61,794 nucleotides of DNA from an uncultured Clostridia bacterium. Lineage in GTDB: Bacteria; Bacillota; Clostridia; RGIG6154. Shown here one piece after another: positions 1 through 10,649 of the stretch. Position 1 is the first letter of the stretch. Each line of letters begins with the position of its first letter. The notes beneath the pieces were generated by a model. That model worked only from the letters and a program-made list of their open reading frames with translations, made no database searches and was not told the DNA's origin. The DNA is taken from positions 1-61,794 of the forward strand of contig CAKSDT010000001.1 of the NCBI GenBank assembly GCA_934446135.1, given 5' to 3'. Made by a program: the position numbers and the translations under genes.

Positions 1-1548
1 TCCAACCTCAATTCCGCATTTTCTCTTTACCTGTGAGATATACAGATTGGAAACCTTCATGCCGGCATTATGTTCAGACACATACTTCTTTATCTCATCA
101 TATGTAGCCTTAGTCTCTGCAGATGTTATATCCATACCATCAAGTTCAATCGTGACATTAATGTAATCATCCGGCTTTTGTTTCAGTTGGGACAAAAGAA
201 CAACCGTCTCAACATGAGATGTGTTCGGGAACATATCGACCGGAGTGAGGGATATGAGTTTATATCCGTTTTCGACAAGATATTTTACATCTCTTGCGAG
301 GGTTATAGGATTGCAGGAAACATAGACAATCTTTTCAGGAGCGGCATTTAATATTGCATTTAAGGTTATATTATCGCTTCCTTTTCTCGGAGGGTCTATA
401 ATAACTGTGTTTATTTTTCCGTGGCTGTTTATTATTGAGGGAACTGTATTTTCAGCCGCACCGCAGTAAAACAATGCGTTTTCGATATTGTTTAATTTTG
501 CATTTTCTCTTGCATCTTTTATTGCATCGTCGACTATTTCAACACCGATAACTTTTTTTGCTCTTTGAGCGGCACTGAGAGAAATAGTTCCGATTCCGCA
601 GTAGACATCAAGAACGGTATCGTCTTTTGTAACTGCTGCGGCGTTAAGCGCCAGCGTGTAAAGTTTTTCGGTCTGAACGGGGTTTACCTGATAAAAACTG
701 TTGGGAGATATTAAAAATTTAAGACCTAAAAGCGTATCGCATATTGAAGAAGTTCCGAATAGGACATAATTTTCGCTCCCCAGAACAAGGTTATTCGGTT
801 TTCTGTTAACATTTAGTATAATGCTTTTTAATACATATTTTCCGCATTTTAAATCTTTAAGTTTTTGTACCAAACCTTCAATATTTTTAATTTCCCGTTT
901 TGCAGAACACAAAACAATCATAAGTTGCTTTGAATTATACCCCGTTCTTACAAAAACACGGCGGATGCTTCCTTTTCCGCTTTTTTCATTGTACGGTTTT
1001 ATATTGTGTTCTCTCATAAATGACAAAACCGTATTCAGAATTGATATGTTTATTTCATCACCCGCACTGCAGCAGTCAAGCGGCACAATATTATGGCTTT
1101 TTGCGGAATAAAAGCCTCCCGAAATAACACCGTTTGTTTCACCTATTGGAAAAACCATTTTGTTTCTGTATGCAATCGGATTTTCCATTCCTACAGTGTC
1201 AGAAACAGTAACACCGTCAAGATTTATTTTTGAAAGCCTGGTAAAGGCGTCTGTAACCGTTTGTTTTTTAATTTTCAACTGATGTTCGTATCTGATATGG
1301 GAAAGAGGACATCCGCCGCACTTTTCGGAATATTTGCAAGCGTCGTTGTTTCTCAAAGGCGACGGTGTTTCTATTTTGATAACACCAGCCGTCATATATG
1401 TTTTGTGAACTGTATAAATTTCAGCCGAAACAGCGTCGCCTTCAACCGCTCCCAAAACAAATACAACCTTGCCGTCCGATTTTGCAATTCCTCTTCCGTC
1501 AGATGCAGTGCCTGTAATATTAAGTGTTAATATGTCTTTAGGTTTCAT
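1..1548 (-). CDS. rlmD: 23S rRNA (uracil-5-)-methyltransferase, RumA/RlmD family; C-terminus runs off the window start
   Basis: Absent from the ORF track because it is open to the window edge. My translation from ATG at 1548 (RBS AAGGAG at 1555-1560) reads MKPKDILTLNITGTASDGRGIAKSDGKVVFV (TRAM-like). It continues with CKYSEKCGGCPL (Fe-S Cys cluster) and VDMFPNTSHVETVVLLS (methyltransferase end), then a C-terminal extension ending SNLYISQVKRKCGIEVG at the edge. Confidence 0.8.
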   Translation of the reverse strand, partial: MKPKDILTLNITGTASDGRGIAKSDGKVVFVLGAVEGDAVSAEIYTVHKTYMTAGVIKIETPSPLRNNDACKYSEKCGGCPLSHIRYEHQLKIKKQTVTDAFTRLSKINLDGVTVSDTVGMENPIAYRNKMVFPIGETNGVISGGFYSAKSHNIVPLDCCSAGDEINISILNTVLSFMREHNIKPYNEKSGKGSIRRVFVRTGYNSKQLMIVLCSAKREIKNIEGLVQKLKDLKCGKYVLKSIILNVNRKPNNLVLGSENYVLFGTSSICDTLLGLKFLISPNSFYQVNPVQTEKLYTLALNAAAVTKDDTVLDVYCGIGTISLSAAQRAKKVIGVEIVDDAIKDARENAKLNNIENALFYCGAAENTVPSIINSHGKINTVIIDPPRKGSDNITLNAILNAAPEKIVYVSCNPITLARDVKYLVENGYKLISLTPVDMFPNTSHVETVVLLSQLKQKPDDYINVTIELDGMDITSAETKATYDEIKKYVSEHNAGMKVSNLYISQVKRKCGIEVG

Positions 1549-1559
1549 CTTAAACTCCT

Positions 1560-3623
1560 TTAGTTCAATGCTTTAAAAATCATTACGGCAGTATCTATTC
1601 TCGAAAGATTATCCGAATAATTGCTGATAATAAGGTTTTCGGTAAGTCCGTTTTTAACTGCAGAATTAATAAATCCGTCAGGGTAAGAAGCGTTATTCGG
1701 TGCCAAACCTTTGATAACCGTGATAATTTTGAATGCCTGTTCTCCGGTGACAGAGTCTTCGGGTGCAAATTTATTGTTTCCTATTCCCGAAACTGCACCT
1801 TTTTCAACGCAAGAGTTGATAAATTTACTTGCCCAGTGGTCTTTCGCGTCTGAAAAGTCACAGTTTTTATCTGAAGAATAACCCATCATTTTTGAAACAA
1901 TTGTGGCAAATTCTGCCCTTGTAACAGTTTCGTACGGCTTAAAAGAAGAGTCCTCATATCCGTTTATGATACCTTTTAAAGCAACTTGTTTAAGTGCATT
2001 TTTCTGAAAATCATTTAAGGAGTCAGTATCGGTGAATTCTCCCTTTTCAAGCGGTTTTCCAGAAACTTTAAAGTCTTTTTGCACAGTGTTTCCGTTGTTG
2101 TCGGTCGCAACAATGTGCAGGATTCCCGAACTGTTCGGGACAGTTGTTTCAAAAGGAATTTCACGCACGGTATCAAACCATTTGCCGTTTAAGTAATAGT
2201 CAACCTGAACAGTGTCGGCCCCGTAAAGATGAGCATACGCACAAACAGTTTTTCCGCCCTGAACAGACTCATCGCTTTCAATTTTTTTGTAAAATCTTTC
2301 CGCTTTTCCCGAAAACCTGTTTTTAAGAAAAACGGGAGAATTTATGCTGTCGTAAGTGCTTTGCAATAACTTCGAGCCGGTAAGATCATAATAATTTGCC
2401 TCATTGGGCATATTTTTGTTAAAATACGCAATAAGTTTAACCTCAGGATAAGCCAAAGGTATATTTATGTAAATTTCTTTTAGTTTTTGGGCCGCCCACT
2501 CATGGTGGTAAGTGTTCATTTCGCCGCCTGTATAGTATGCACTTCCGCATTCTGAGATAATAACGGGTTTCCTGCCCGAATATTTTTCAACAAAATCTTT
2601 AATCATAAGAACAGGGTCGCTGCTGTAACCCGTCTTAAAACAAATTTCGTTAAATCTGTCAACCCCGTCATAGGTTTTTCCTTCAAAATACCTGTTGCAG
2701 TAAATTGTAATTCCCACATAGTCAACCAAATCATCGCCGGGGTAAAAATCATCTGTGGTGTAAGGTCTTGTTTCGCTTTGCCACGGGTCTGTATGTGCGA
2801 CACCGTAAACTGTTGCAACATTGTCAAAGTTTTTAACCCTTGACGCAATAGTTTTAAAAGCGTTTTTAAATTCATCGGGAGTACAGGTGCTGCCCCATAT
2901 ATTTACTTCGGCACCTATTCTTAAATAAATCGGAACATTTTTAAACTCCGAAACAAGATTTACAAATTTTTCAAGATAAGAATCGGAATTTGAAATATTT
3001 TTGGCTGTCCGACCCTGATTTGGAAAGTTTAGGGCAAGTTCAACAGCCTTGCCGTTTTTCTGTGCATTTTTGAGAACAACTTTTGCCCAGTCAAATTCAT
3101 TTTCATATCCGTATTCAAGGTATAAAAGAACCATAGAATCGGAAGTTTCCTCTTTTTCGCTTACCTGTCCGTATAAAACGCCGTTCGGTTCGTTTTTTGC
3201 ATTGTAAAATTTTGGGTTTTGGTCGGTGGCTTCATAAAGATTTAATTCAGGAGTCAACTGTTTTACAAACTCTTTTGCAATTCTTATGCCGTCTGTCCAG
3301 TTGTTTTTTTCGCCGTATGGAATATATTGTTTGAAATATTCGGCTCCTTTTTCAAACTCTCCTGTATAAAAGCAGGCAAATGCCGTATCATAAAGCCTTG
3401 AACCCATAATATTGTCAGTTTGTTCGTTTGACGGTTCTTTTGAAATAAGGTCGATAACCTGACTTCCGTATAAAACCACATCTCGGTAATTTTTGGAATT
3501 TAAGGCGTTTCCGTAATTTTCATTAAGGCTCCAGAAAGAACCCGGAAGATCGTACGCAGACACCGGAACCGAATATAATAATACTAAGATTGACAAAACA
3601 AATAATAGTGTTTTTTTTCTCAT
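1560..3623 (-). CDS. Secreted glycoside-hydrolase-like (GH26-like) protein with C-terminal SLH domains
   Basis: 687-aa ORF with a signal peptide (MRKKTLLFVLSILVLLYSVPVSA). Candidate catalytic motifs are LRIGAEVNIWG and VIISECGSAYY. C-terminal SLH-type repeats are present (FKPYETVTRAEFATIV, FAPEDSVTGEQAFKII). Confidence 0.6.
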   Translation of the reverse strand: MRKKTLLFVLSILVLLYSVPVSAYDLPGSFWSLNENYGNALNSKNYRDVVLYGSQVIDLISKEPSNEQTDNIMGSRLYDTAFACFYTGEFEKGAEYFKQYIPYGEKNNWTDGIRIAKEFVKQLTPELNLYEATDQNPKFYNAKNEPNGVLYGQVSEKEETSDSMVLLYLEYGYENEFDWAKVVLKNAQKNGKAVELALNFPNQGRTAKNISNSDSYLEKFVNLVSEFKNVPIYLRIGAEVNIWGSTCTPDEFKNAFKTIASRVKNFDNVATVYGVAHTDPWQSETRPYTTDDFYPGDDLVDYVGITIYCNRYFEGKTYDGVDRFNEICFKTGYSSDPVLMIKDFVEKYSGRKPVIISECGSAYYTGGEMNTYHHEWAAQKLKEIYINIPLAYPEVKLIAYFNKNMPNEANYYDLTGSKLLQSTYDSINSPVFLKNRFSGKAERFYKKIESDESVQGGKTVCAYAHLYGADTVQVDYYLNGKWFDTVREIPFETTVPNSSGILHIVATDNNGNTVQKDFKVSGKPLEKGEFTDTDSLNDFQKNALKQVALKGIINGYEDSSFKPYETVTRAEFATIVSKMMGYSSDKNCDFSDAKDHWASKFINSCVEKGAVSGIGNNKFAPEDSVTGEQAFKIITVIKGLAPNNASYPDGFINSAVKNGLTENLIISNYSDNLSRIDTAVMIFKALN

Positions 3624-3807
3624 ATTTTCCTCCCGCTATACTTTTTTTCGTATAAATGTTATCATATCAAAAAAAATATGTCAACGGCAGGATGCGTATA
3701 AGCAAAGTAAAATGAATTTATTTTAGTGAAAATATTGCATTTTCTGGCAAAATATTGTAAAATAATATAGATTATTTTTATGTATAATAATTTTGGAGGT
3801 TATATAG

Positions 3808-4929
3808 ATGTCAGAAATTAAGAAAATCGGTATTATGACCGGCGGCGGCGACTGCCCGGGACTTAATCCTGTTATAAGGGCAGTTGTTAAGACGGCAATA
3901 GAAAAATACGGTCTTGAGGTTGTGGGAATTAAAAACGGTTACCACGGACTTTATCACAAAACTTTCGTACCTCTTACACTTGACAAGGTTCAGGAAATAT
4001 TAAATGTCGGCGGTACTATTTTAAATTCGTCAAATAAAGACAATTTGTTTATTTATCCGGTAAGAGATGAAAATGATGAAATAGTAAGAGATGAAAACGG
4101 AAAAATCAAGTATCATGATGTTTCTGATGTTGCGGTTCAAAATCTTAAGGATGAGGGAATTGACGCAATACTTATTTTGGGCGGCGACGGAACATTAACT
4201 TCGGGCAGAGATTTCTCCAGAAAAGGAGTAAAAGTTATCGGTATCCCGAAAACCATTGATAATGACCTTGCATGCACGGATTATACATTCGGATTTGATA
4301 CTGCAATCAGCATTGTAACCGACTGTATGGACAGATTAAGAACAACAGGTATGTCGCATCACAGAATTATGTGTGTTGAAATAATGGGCAGAGGTGCAGG
4401 CTGGCTTACACTTCACGGCGGTATCGCAGGTGCGGCTGATGTAATACTTCTTCCCGAAATTCCTTTTGATATTAATAAAGTTGCTGAAAAAATTAACAAT
4501 GACAAGAAAAACGGCAAAGACTTTTCAATCGTTGCAGTTGCAGAAGGTGCAAAACCCAAGGGCGGCGAGGCGGTTGTTGCTAAAATTGTTGAGGACTCGC
4601 CTGATGCTATAAGATTCGGCGGCGTTGCAAGTATGGTTGCAGACCAGTTGGAAAAACTTTGCGGCTCGGAAGCAAGAGCAACGGTTTTGGGACATATCCA
4701 GAGAGGCGGAACGCCTACAGGTCATGACAGAGTTTTGTCAACAAGATACGGTTATGCTGCAGTTGAACTTCTGATGAGCGGCAAATACGGCAATATGGTA
4801 ACTCTCCAGGGCGATAAGATAGGTTATGCTTCACTTGAAGATGTTATCGGTCAGAAAACAAAGAATGTTACACCGGATAACGAATTGGTTAAAATGGCAA
4901 AGGCTATAGGAATTTGTTTCGGAGATTAA
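3808..4929 (+). CDS. pfkA: 6-phosphofructokinase
   Basis: 373-aa ORF with MTGGGDCPGLN, LGGDGT and PKTIDND motifs; RBS GGAGG upstream. Confidence 0.9.
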   Translation: MSEIKKIGIMTGGGDCPGLNPVIRAVVKTAIEKYGLEVVGIKNGYHGLYHKTFVPLTLDKVQEILNVGGTILNSSNKDNLFIYPVRDENDEIVRDENGKIKYHDVSDVAVQNLKDEGIDAILILGGDGTLTSGRDFSRKGVKVIGIPKTIDNDLACTDYTFGFDTAISIVTDCMDRLRTTGMSHHRIMCVEIMGRGAGWLTLHGGIAGAADVILLPEIPFDINKVAEKINNDKKNGKDFSIVAVAEGAKPKGGEAVVAKIVEDSPDAIRFGGVASMVADQLEKLCGSEARATVLGHIQRGGTPTGHDRVLSTRYGYAAVELLMSGKYGNMVTLQGDKIGYASLEDVIGQKTKNVTPDNELVKMAKAIGICFGD

Positions 4930-4963
4930 AAATAATAATAAGAAAAAGGTTTCAGAAATGATA

Positions 4964-6253
4964 TGCACCCCAAAAGTTAGACACTTTTGGAGGTGCATAT
5001 TTTTATGGGTAAAACAGGAAGGAAAAACAAAAACTACTCGCCAGAATTCAAACTATCTGTTATAATGGATATGCGAGAACACCATTTAGGATATCGTGAA
5101 ACAATGAGAAAGTATTTTCCGCACTTAAATGAAAACAGTTTCGAATTTCTAAAAAAATGGGAACGCATATTTTTAGAAGAAGGAGCCTAAGGTCTGATGA
5201 AAGAAAGACGAGGCAGAGTTTGTAAAGCAAGCGGGACACGAAAAGGTCGTCCCCCTAAACTTGATAAGAAAGTAGAAGAAGATTTAATTGCTGAAAATCA
5301 GCGACTTAGAATGGAGATAGATTATTAAAAAAAACTGAGTGCCTTAGTTCTTGCGGAAGAGCGAAAGAACGGCAAAAAGCGTTAATTATCGCTGAATTAA
5401 GGCAATTGTATCCGCTTAAAGATTTGTTGAAATTGGCTGGTCTTGCAAGAAGCACCTTTTACTATTATCTAAAACCAAAGGACACAGATGAATACAAAAA
5501 AATTAAAGACGAAATACTTGACATATTCAATCAAAACAAAGGTAGATTTGGTTATCGTAGAATTTTATCTGTTCTAAAACAAAAAGGATATACAATCAAT
5601 CATAAAACTGTATTAAACCTGATGAACGAGCTTAATATTCATGCAAAACAACGCAAAAATGGTAAGTATCATTCATACAAGGGGGAAGTTGGTAAGGTTG
5701 CAGATAATCTGCTTAAAAGAGATTTTACAGTTTCAAAGCCTTTTGAAAAACTTACAACAGATGTTACTGAATTTAAAGTATGTGATGATAAGGTATATTT
5801 ATTACCGGTAATGGACTTATATAATCGTGAAATTGTGTCATACTCCATATCATTAAGTCCAAATTTATGGCAAATCAGAGAAATGCTTGATGGTTTGTTC
5901 AAAAGTTTCCTGCTGACGCAAAACCGTTATTTCATTCTGACCAAGGGTGGCAATACCAACACGCCGAATATCAACGGTTACCGGAAAAACATAACATTAT
6001 CCAAAGTATGTCACGCAAAGGTAATTGTATGGACAATGGTGCTATGGAAAACTTTTTTGGCAGATTAAAGGTTGAAATGTTTTACGGCGAGAAATTTGAA
6101 AGCGTTAACGCTTTCATAGATGAATTAAAAAGATATATTGATTACTACAACAACGAAAGAATTTCTATGAAACTAAAAGGAATGAGTCCGGTACAGTACC
6201 GAACTCATTCCAGAGCAAACTAATATTTAATTTTGTCTAAACTTTTGGGTTCA
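4964..6253 (+). mobile_element. IS3-family insertion sequence, decayed copy
   Basis: Imperfect terminal inverted repeats: TGCACCCCAAAAGTTAGACA at 4964 versus the reverse complement of 6231-6253 (TGAACCCAAAAGTTTAGACAAAA). The 1290-bp length and OrfA/OrfB layout fit IS3, with a CAAAAAG slippery site near 5372 giving the -1 frame change. Confidence 0.8.
4987..6223 (+). pseudogene. IS3-family transposase OrfAB, inactivated (two nonsense codons in orfA, one frameshift in orfB)
   Basis: The orfA frame has TAA at 5188 (EGA*GLMKERRGR) and TAA at 5326 (MEIDY*KKLSALV). The orfB frame breaks near 5897-5903: HSDQGWQYQHAEYQRLPEKHNIIQSMSRKGNCMDNGAMENFF continues in another frame (ORFs 5406..6068 and 6008..6223). 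Confidence 0.75.
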
Positions 6254-6274
6254 CTTCATTTTAAAGCCGCTTTT

Positions 6275-8500
6275 TTAATTCAAGAAATCTGCAATTATTT
6301 GCTTTGCTTTTTTGTTATCGTCAGATATACATACTGCAACAACATTATCTTTTGCTATTATAACAGGTGATTTAAGTTTTTCAAGTTCTTTCGGAATATA
6401 GTCTTTATACGCCTTCCTTTTTTCTTCAATGTGTCTTTCGCAAAGTAATTTAATCTTTTTGATATTTTTAGGGTCTGTAACTTCAAAAACTGCAATTTCT
6501 TCCGCCGTTATTCCGCTTCCGGTGTACAAAATTCCATCGGCAAGAAGGTTGGGCTCTATGCCGTAGTTGGCAAAAATCGAGTTTGGAGAGGTTTTTGACA
6601 AAGAGTCTTCAAAACTTATGTTCTCATTTAATTTGTCTGCCAGAGAGGCAATATCGATTTTTGAGTTGCCGTTAAAAGTGTTTTTGTCCTTAATGTCTGT
6701 TTTTTTGGTGCCGGTGCCCAGTTCGGGAACAGTATGGCACTTAAGATATTCTACCCAGTCTTTGTATAATGATATTTCAAGATGAACTCCGTCGGGGGTT
6801 AAGTCACTCCTTAAGTATCCCTCATCGTCAACAAACATTTCGTAAGGCGTCAGAAAATAAACTTTCTCTTCTTTTGTCAGTTCTTCAAGAATTTTGTTGT
6901 ACTCATAAATATTTTGGTTTTTAAACTCGCTGTACCTGTCTTTCAGCCTCGATACCGGCATAATTGCCTGAACATAAATTGTTGAGTCGGGGCGGACCTT
7001 TTTGAGTTCTTTGATAACTTTGGAATAATTTTCCTTAAATTCAGTTTCTTTATCTTTTGACGGAAGGTCGTTTATTCCGAGCATAATATAAATTTTATTT
7101 GGTTTTGTTTCTTTTACTGCGTCGATAACTGTGCCCTTTTTACCGTCTTTTATATTAACGAAATTATTGCTTAAAATACCGCTTAAACTGTTTCCGACTT
7201 CGGCATAAAATGAAGCAGTTCCGTCAAGACCTGAAAAACTACGCAGCCCCTCTGTTAATGAGTCGCCTATAAATGCCGCGTCTTCAAAATAGTCTGTTTC
7301 AACGGGCACGGACTTCGGTATTTTTCCAAAAGCCGTTTTTGAGTATTCAGAAGTAAGGGTGTACTTTCCGAGCAATTCTATTGTGTCGTCTGTCATAAAT
7401 GTTGAAGTGTTATATAAAAGCAGAATATCATTTAGTTGATTTTCCGACAGATATTTTATGATATCATCATTGTAATATCTTAGGTCGATTATGTGAATGT
7501 ATTCAAAATGCCGGGAAAGAAAAGGAATAATACTGTTTGCATAAGAGTCTTTAAATATTACAAGTTTTCTTCCGTTTTCATTTGACGAATGTATTACGGT
7601 AAGTCCGTGATTTCCTCCGAGATAGTATGAATACTTGTCTTTTGTATTAATGCTGTCATTTTTGTAAAGCGAATAATATGGAGTTGCACTTTCTCCGGGA
7701 AAATTAACGGTTACGCTGTTTTCACCGTTTTTGAGCGAATACTTTAAGACAGAATCTTTTTTGTCTGTCCTGAGCATAACTTTTGACCATGTGGCGCCCA
7801 GAAAATCATCGGAAACCGTTTCAATGTTATAGTCTTCTTTTGAGTAAGGTGTGTAGGACAAAGCGTTTCCGAGTTTGTAATAAACGTAGTAACTTCCGTT
7901 TGCCGTCTGATGATGGTCTGTTCTGTAATAAAGGTATTGTTCGCTGTTTTGCTTTAATATATCGGTTGTGTCAACAAAATTAATCTTAGTATTATGCAGT
8001 GAGGCCTTGATATAATTAATTTCATTCTGTACCGTTTTGTTATACGCATTGGCAGGGAGTTTATCCTTTTCAATTTCAAAAGCCGTCGGGATTACAGACA
8101 CCGTAATATTGTATCTTCTGAGCGAAAAAAGAGTTTTAATGGAATCAATTTTTTTATCAAGTTGCTCTTTGTTAAAAGAAGACGGTTTTGCAATAAAATA
8201 TCCGTCTTTTCCGAAATAAACTCCGCCCTTTTCATCTTTTAAAGTGAATTTTTCACAGTACGATTTAAAAGTCACGAAAAAGTCCCTGAAAATAAATTTA
8301 TCAGTGACAAAATTTTCAAAACCTGTCATAAAACTTCCGTCCGCAAGGGATGTTAAAGTAAGGTGCGGCATTTTTGAAAGAGTTCTGTTTTCATTTTCCG
8401 AGAATTCTTTCGCCGGAACTAATACATTTACTGCAGTAAAAAGCGTTAAAACAACTAAAAGTATTATGATAATTTTTTTACAATCAAATTTATACTGCAC
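6275..8500 (-). CDS. Membrane-anchored DHHW-family / SGNH (GDSL) hydrolase fusion protein, partner of the upstream MBOAT (polysaccharide or cell-wall O-acetylation)
   Basis: 741-aa ORF with a GTG start, RBS AGGAG and an N-terminal TM helix. It has YYRTDHHQT (DHHW-type motif) and FIGDSLTEG (GDSL block I). Its RBS overlaps the MBOAT stop codon. Confidence 0.7.
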   Translation of the reverse strand: MQYKFDCKKIIIILLVVLTLFTAVNVLVPAKEFSENENRTLSKMPHLTLTSLADGSFMTGFENFVTDKFIFRDFFVTFKSYCEKFTLKDEKGGVYFGKDGYFIAKPSSFNKEQLDKKIDSIKTLFSLRRYNITVSVIPTAFEIEKDKLPANAYNKTVQNEINYIKASLHNTKINFVDTTDILKQNSEQYLYYRTDHHQTANGSYYVYYKLGNALSYTPYSKEDYNIETVSDDFLGATWSKVMLRTDKKDSVLKYSLKNGENSVTVNFPGESATPYYSLYKNDSINTKDKYSYYLGGNHGLTVIHSSNENGRKLVIFKDSYANSIIPFLSRHFEYIHIIDLRYYNDDIIKYLSENQLNDILLLYNTSTFMTDDTIELLGKYTLTSEYSKTAFGKIPKSVPVETDYFEDAAFIGDSLTEGLRSFSGLDGTASFYAEVGNSLSGILSNNFVNIKDGKKGTVIDAVKETKPNKIYIMLGINDLPSKDKETEFKENYSKVIKELKKVRPDSTIYVQAIMPVSRLKDRYSEFKNQNIYEYNKILEELTKEEKVYFLTPYEMFVDDEGYLRSDLTPDGVHLEISLYKDWVEYLKCHTVPELGTGTKKTDIKDKNTFNGNSKIDIASLADKLNENISFEDSLSKTSPNSIFANYGIEPNLLADGILYTGSGITAEEIAVFEVTDPKNIKKIKLLCERHIEEKRKAYKDYIPKELEKLKSPVIIAKDNVVAVCISDDNKKAKQIIADFLN

Positions 8501-8512
8501 TTTCTTAATCTC

Positions 8513-9907
8513 CTAAAATCTGAAATATAAAAACGGATTGTATGTTGAATCAACAAGATAGGCTGTAATAATAAACATAAGTATAACGGAAACCAGAATA
8601 AATCCTATGCCGTACTTGTCCCTATCTTTGAATCTGTAAAATGTTTTTTTAATAACCGGCGTTGAACAAACTGCCGAAACAATTAATATCAATGAATATG
8701 ATTTTAAACTGTAAAGAGTGTTTGCAGACCATAGAATTTTATTTCCTCCAAACATTGCCGAAATATAAGACAAAGCATTTTTTATATCCGGTGCAGAGAA
8801 AAATACCCATCCTATAACAACAAGAAACAGGGTATAAAGTCTTTTTGCATAATCGGGCAGCATTCTCAAATATTTGCCAAAAAACATTTTTTCGGCAATG
8901 AGGATTATTCCGTAATAAAGTCCCCACACTATAAAGTTTAAGGATGCTCCGTGCCAAAGGCCTGTAAGTCCCCACACAATCAAAAGATTTAAAACAAGCC
9001 TTTTTTGGGAACATCTGTTTCCGCCGAGCGGTATATAAACATACTCTTTAAACCATGTTCCGAGTGATATATGCCACCTTCTCCAAAATTCCGTTACAGT
9101 CTTGCTGGTGTAAGGATAATCAAAGTTTTTGACAAAGTTAAAACCGAAGATTTTGCCAAGTCCTATGGCAATGTCGGAATAACCTGAAAAATCAATGTAT
9201 ATCTGAAAAGTATAAGCAATAATTCCAAGCCAACTTTCAGAAACGCTGAGTGAGTTTACCGGCAGCGATGAAATATCTGTCCAAAGCATTCCGATATTGT
9301 TTGCTATAAGCACTTTTTTTGCAAGACCGGAAACAATATATGTTATTCCCGATGCGGCACCCTCAAATGTTTCTTTTCTTGAAGAAAGTTCTCTTGCAAT
9401 ATCTTTGTATCTTACAATAGGACCTGCAACCAGTTGCGGAAACATAGAAACATATGTTCCGAAATTAAGGAAACTTTTCTGTGCGGGGGTGTCTTTTCTG
9501 TAAACATCGATAGAATATGACAAGGTTTGAAATGTGTAAAACGATATTCCTATAGGAAGTGCTATTTTCAAAAGAGGTATATTGGTTTTTGCTATTGTGT
9601 TTACCGAACTTATGAGAAAATCAGTGTATTTGAAGAACACAAGAAAGGAAAGATTTATAACAATTGACAAAACAAGGTAAATTTTTCTTTCTTTTCCTGA
9701 TTCGGAATATTCAATCAAAAGTCCGCTTAAATAACCGACAGTAATAGTTATAAGCATAAGGAAAACATATTTCGGTTCTCCCCAGGCGTAAAAAATCAGA
9801 CTTGAAACAAACAAAACAATATTTCTTTTTGAACGGGGAGTCAAAAAATATGCCATTAAAACTGCAGGAAGAAAGTAATATAAAAATACAATTCCCGAAA
9901 ATACCAT
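8513..9907 (-). CDS. MBOAT-family O-acyltransferase (AlgI/DltB-like)
   Basis: 464-aa polytopic membrane ORF with the MBOAT signature FWRRWHISLGTWFKEYVYIPLGGNR and a conserved His (WHG). Confidence 0.85.
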   Translation of the reverse strand: MVFSGIVFLYYFLPAVLMAYFLTPRSKRNIVLFVSSLIFYAWGEPKYVFLMLITITVGYLSGLLIEYSESGKERKIYLVLSIVINLSFLVFFKYTDFLISSVNTIAKTNIPLLKIALPIGISFYTFQTLSYSIDVYRKDTPAQKSFLNFGTYVSMFPQLVAGPIVRYKDIARELSSRKETFEGAASGITYIVSGLAKKVLIANNIGMLWTDISSLPVNSLSVSESWLGIIAYTFQIYIDFSGYSDIAIGLGKIFGFNFVKNFDYPYTSKTVTEFWRRWHISLGTWFKEYVYIPLGGNRCSQKRLVLNLLIVWGLTGLWHGASLNFIVWGLYYGIILIAEKMFFGKYLRMLPDYAKRLYTLFLVVIGWVFFSAPDIKNALSYISAMFGGNKILWSANTLYSLKSYSLILIVSAVCSTPVIKKTFYRFKDRDKYGIGFILVSVILMFIITAYLVDSTYNPFLYFRF

Positions 9908-10022
9908 ATTAAAACTCCTTTCAAAAAATCAACTTCAATATTATAGCACAAATAATTTCAATAGACAACAATTTTATGCAAAATATAGAAGACTGCAAAA
10001 TATACTCTTGCAGTCTGAAACT

Positions 10023-10601
<579 letters not shown>

Positions 10602-10649
10602 TTATTTTAAGCCGCCTGTCCTTTAAAGTTTTATGTAGTTATTTGTTTA

